From Emiliania huxleyi CCMP1516 (taxonomy: Eukaryota): a DNA stretch of 64,000 nucleotides. Under the pieces are notes generated by a model. The model saw nothing but the letters and a program-made list of their open reading frames with translations. It made no database searches and was not told the DNA's origin. Made by a program: the position numbers and the translations under genes. Below are positions 61,099-64,000 of this stretch, piece by piece. The first letter of the stretch is position 1. The number at the start of each line of letters is the position of its first letter. Where the stretch lies: contig NW_005201392.1 in assembly GCF_000372725.1 (NCBI RefSeq), positions 925,620 to 989,619 on the forward strand, written 5' to 3'.

Positions 61099-62381
61099 GT
61101 GAAGCGTGCGTTGCAATCTGAGCGTGGATGGGCACACGACACGTTGGGCGTCGACGTGCGCGGGCCCGTAGTGCGTTCTCCGTTGGGTGTATGAGAGGAC
61201 GACGCTCGGCGCGGCCGTTTTGCGTACACATGATGCGGGCCCCCGCCCACGGCGATTTGGGAGTTTGGCCTTTTGCGCCGCGCGTTCACAGTGGCGCACA
61301 CATGCAGTATAGACGCGCCTTTTCGCCAATTGGTCGCGACGAATTCGTGTGCGACGGGACACACTCTCGCGCCCGCTGCTCGGCTCGCCCGTGCGGAGCG
61401 GGTGTGGAGTGTGCGCGGTGCGGCGCGCACGTGCCGCGTCACCGTGTCTCCAGTCTCGACTCGCCACACACTCGTGTCCCTCGGTTACAAAAAAAAAAAT
61501 TGCTTTCGAAGAAAAACGAGCACGCATATTCTCCCCCCTCCATTCTCTCCCCCTTGGCGCGGGCGCCCCTCTCCCCCCAGCTCTCGGTATCGCGTACTGC
61601 ACGAGGCTACCGTGGGCCCCGCCTGCGCGCTGGGGGTTCCCTGCCCTGTCGGGCAGCCTAGCTCTGAACCTGGGGTAGCTACCTAATGCGGGGCGAATGA
61701 GTGATGAAGTTAGTGCCTTGGTGTGCCCGTTTCCCGTTATGGCTTCCCCTGGTCTCGCGACCATGAATGAGAGCTCTCACTCCCAGGGTACTCCCGCGTA
61801 TCTGGATCCCTTATCCCCCCCCTCTTCCCCCCCCTTTCTCTCTCCGAGATGACCCGTGCTCTACGTGCCTAGGGTTGGTCTTCGGGGAGGGGGGATTGTC
61901 GGTGTGTCTTCGCGAGTTTTTCTCGCTGGACGCCCAACAGCTTCGATGTCCCTCCTTAGCGCCCCGGGTAGAGCGTGGTCTCCCCTGGAGCCTGCCACGC
62001 CCGTTCTGTCTAAGCCCAGGGTTCAGCTTTCCAGTTGATCCTTATCGGACTGGTGAGTTCTTTCTCGCTGCCAGTGTGACGCCCCGGCAACATTGGCAGC
62101 GGTGCTACACACACTACGCCATCTTTCGTTTGAGTTTTAGGAGTGTTTTTTGTTAACAATTTTTACGGGCTAGCGATTTCGCAGTACATGCGCACTAGTG
62201 TGGCAGCGATAACGTCCCCGTGGCATGCTAAGGGGGCGCATGCGCACACCAGCCCCACGCGTCTGCCTCGCAACATCAGGGAGAGGACTCTTCCCAGCAT
62301 CTCTTTGCGCTGTTCTCCCGTGACTCGCGCTGTCCCGTGGTGAATACGGAGGGGGGGGGTGTAGTCTCTCGCCACCTCCAG

Positions 62382-62868
62382 GAGTGTGCCCGGGGAGGCG
62401 CGGCTGCGGGGTGGATTGAGAAGTCTCAGAATGCAGAGAAACTGCAGGCGTGGGCAGAGGCGCGCGCTGCAAGAAATTTTCGCCATCGTGTTTTTCTTTT
62501 TCTTCGTCGATATCCCATACTTCGACTCACATCATGAACACATCTTCATTGCTGCGGTGTGAGTGTGCCCGGGGAGGCGCGGCTGCGGGGTGGATTGAGA
62601 AGGTCTCAGAATGCAGAGAAACTGCAGGCGTGGGCAGAGGCGCGCGCTGCAAGAAATTTTCGCCATCGTGTTTTTCTTTTTATGCTTATGGCAGTAAAAA
62701 GAAACGGAACTGCGTGCGGCAGGCGCGGGCTCGGTCGATATCCCATACTTCGACTCCCATCTTCATTGCTGCGGTGCGAGTGTGCCCGGGGAGGCGCGGC
62801 TGCGGGGTGGATTGAGAAGGTCTCAGAATGCAGAGAAACTGCAGGCGTGGGCAGAGGCGCGCGCTGCA
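62382..62868. repeat. ~180-215-bp tandem repeat, about 2.5 copies
   Basis: GAGTGTGCCCGGGGAGGCGCGGCTGCGGGGTGGATTGAGAAG... at 62382, 62561 and 62778. Confidence 0.9.
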
Positions 62869-64000
62869 GTTTCTCTGATCGGGCTGCTGGCGGTGTGAGC
62901 GCGGGACGGCGTGGTGAGGCGAGAGGCAGGCTATTGTTGTGGGGTGCGGGCTGCGTCGTGAGGCGTATGCGTGCCCATGGTGCTGTGTGTGCAAGCAGGC
63001 TGGCGGTCTGTGCAGCAGAGAGCGGTTGAGCGCGCGCGCGCGCTCGTGCGGGCGTGCGTGCGCGCAGCGTGCCACGCGCGCGCCTCGTGCAGTGCAGACA
63101 GGCGCGAGGCGGCAGGGGCGCATTGTGGAGCACGCGGGCTGATGGTGCTGTATGCTGTGTGTGCAGGCAGGCTGACAGGCTGTGCATAAGACTGAGCGGA
63201 TGAGCGCGCGTGCGGGTGCGTGCGTGCGTGCGCGCCTTGCGTGGTGCCGAATCTGCGTCGTACTCGCGGCGCGTCCCGGTACAGCCGCTTGTGAGATGCC
63301 TGAAGCAGGGTGCAGAGCCTGCACAGGGCGCAAAAAGGCGAGGTAGTGCTGGTGAGGTGTGCTGCGGCGCGCGCGTCGCGGCGTGAGTGGATATGCGGCT
63401 TGCTCTGGTGGTGCGAGGGGCGCGTGGCTGGTGCGGGCGGCGCGGGACGGCCATGGGGCGCCAGCACAGGGCAGACGCACATGAGACACAGGCTTCTGGG
63501 CGCTACGCGTGTTTGCGTGCGCGCGGGGACGTACGCGCAGTTTTCACGCGGTGTGCGTGGAGAAGGGCATGAGGGGCGCCGGCCGCGCGTGTATTGGCGT
63601 GTGAGAGTGCGTGGTGCCCGAAGGCGACGGGGCCCGAAGGCAGGGAGGAGTCTTCCGAGCCTCGCAACAACGAGACTTCAAAGAAACCTGTCCCTCGGTT
63701 ACAAACTCACCGAGGCTGGGCGAGTGGGACCTGGCTCCTGCGTCCTGGGACACCCTCGCCAGCGAGACACATAACCGATAACGGTACAGCAAGTGCGGTA
63801 CAGCAAGTGCTCAGGCCTTTTCTTGCGGTGGACGCTCCGCTGCCGCCAGGATCCACTCGGCCACAGCCGCCGCCACCTCCTCGAAGCCTGGCTCTGTCGT
63901 CAGCGCGTGCCACATACCGAGAGACGTGAGGCGCTTCAGTGCACTGTGTGCCAGAGGCGCGCCTTTCATCTGGACCTCGCCCTCCGCGCTGCCGCCAATC

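Overview
GC-rich, intron-rich eukaryotic DNA. Frequent GC-donor introns and 10-11 bp tandem repeats inside introns suggest a haptophyte such as Emiliania/Gephyrocapsa huxleyi (inference). Recognisable genes: ankyrin protein, Tudor/SAP-like protein, kinesin, FkbM-type methyltransferase, a large FHA + degenerate 2OG-Fe(II) oxygenase + SLIP-GC-like GTPase gene, RPC4, a glycosyltransferase/sulfotransferase-like gene, an ML-domain protein, RPL9, an EGLN-like hydroxylase, an NHL-repeat protein, RPL8 and poly(A) polymerase. Mobile DNA: a 5'-truncated RLE-type non-LTR retrotransposon, a piggyBac-family transposon with a non-TTAA target and a second divergent ORF, several MITEs and short (TTTC)n-tailed retroposed copies. 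The strongest unusual signal is a class of ~70-nt introns whose 5' end is a near-copy of the start of the next exon, often filled with 10-11 bp repeats. In one case four such introns sit in tandem. Five insertions from three unrelated element types cluster at the ends of one dispersed GAGCAC repeat family. All exon boundaries were read by eye and are unverified.
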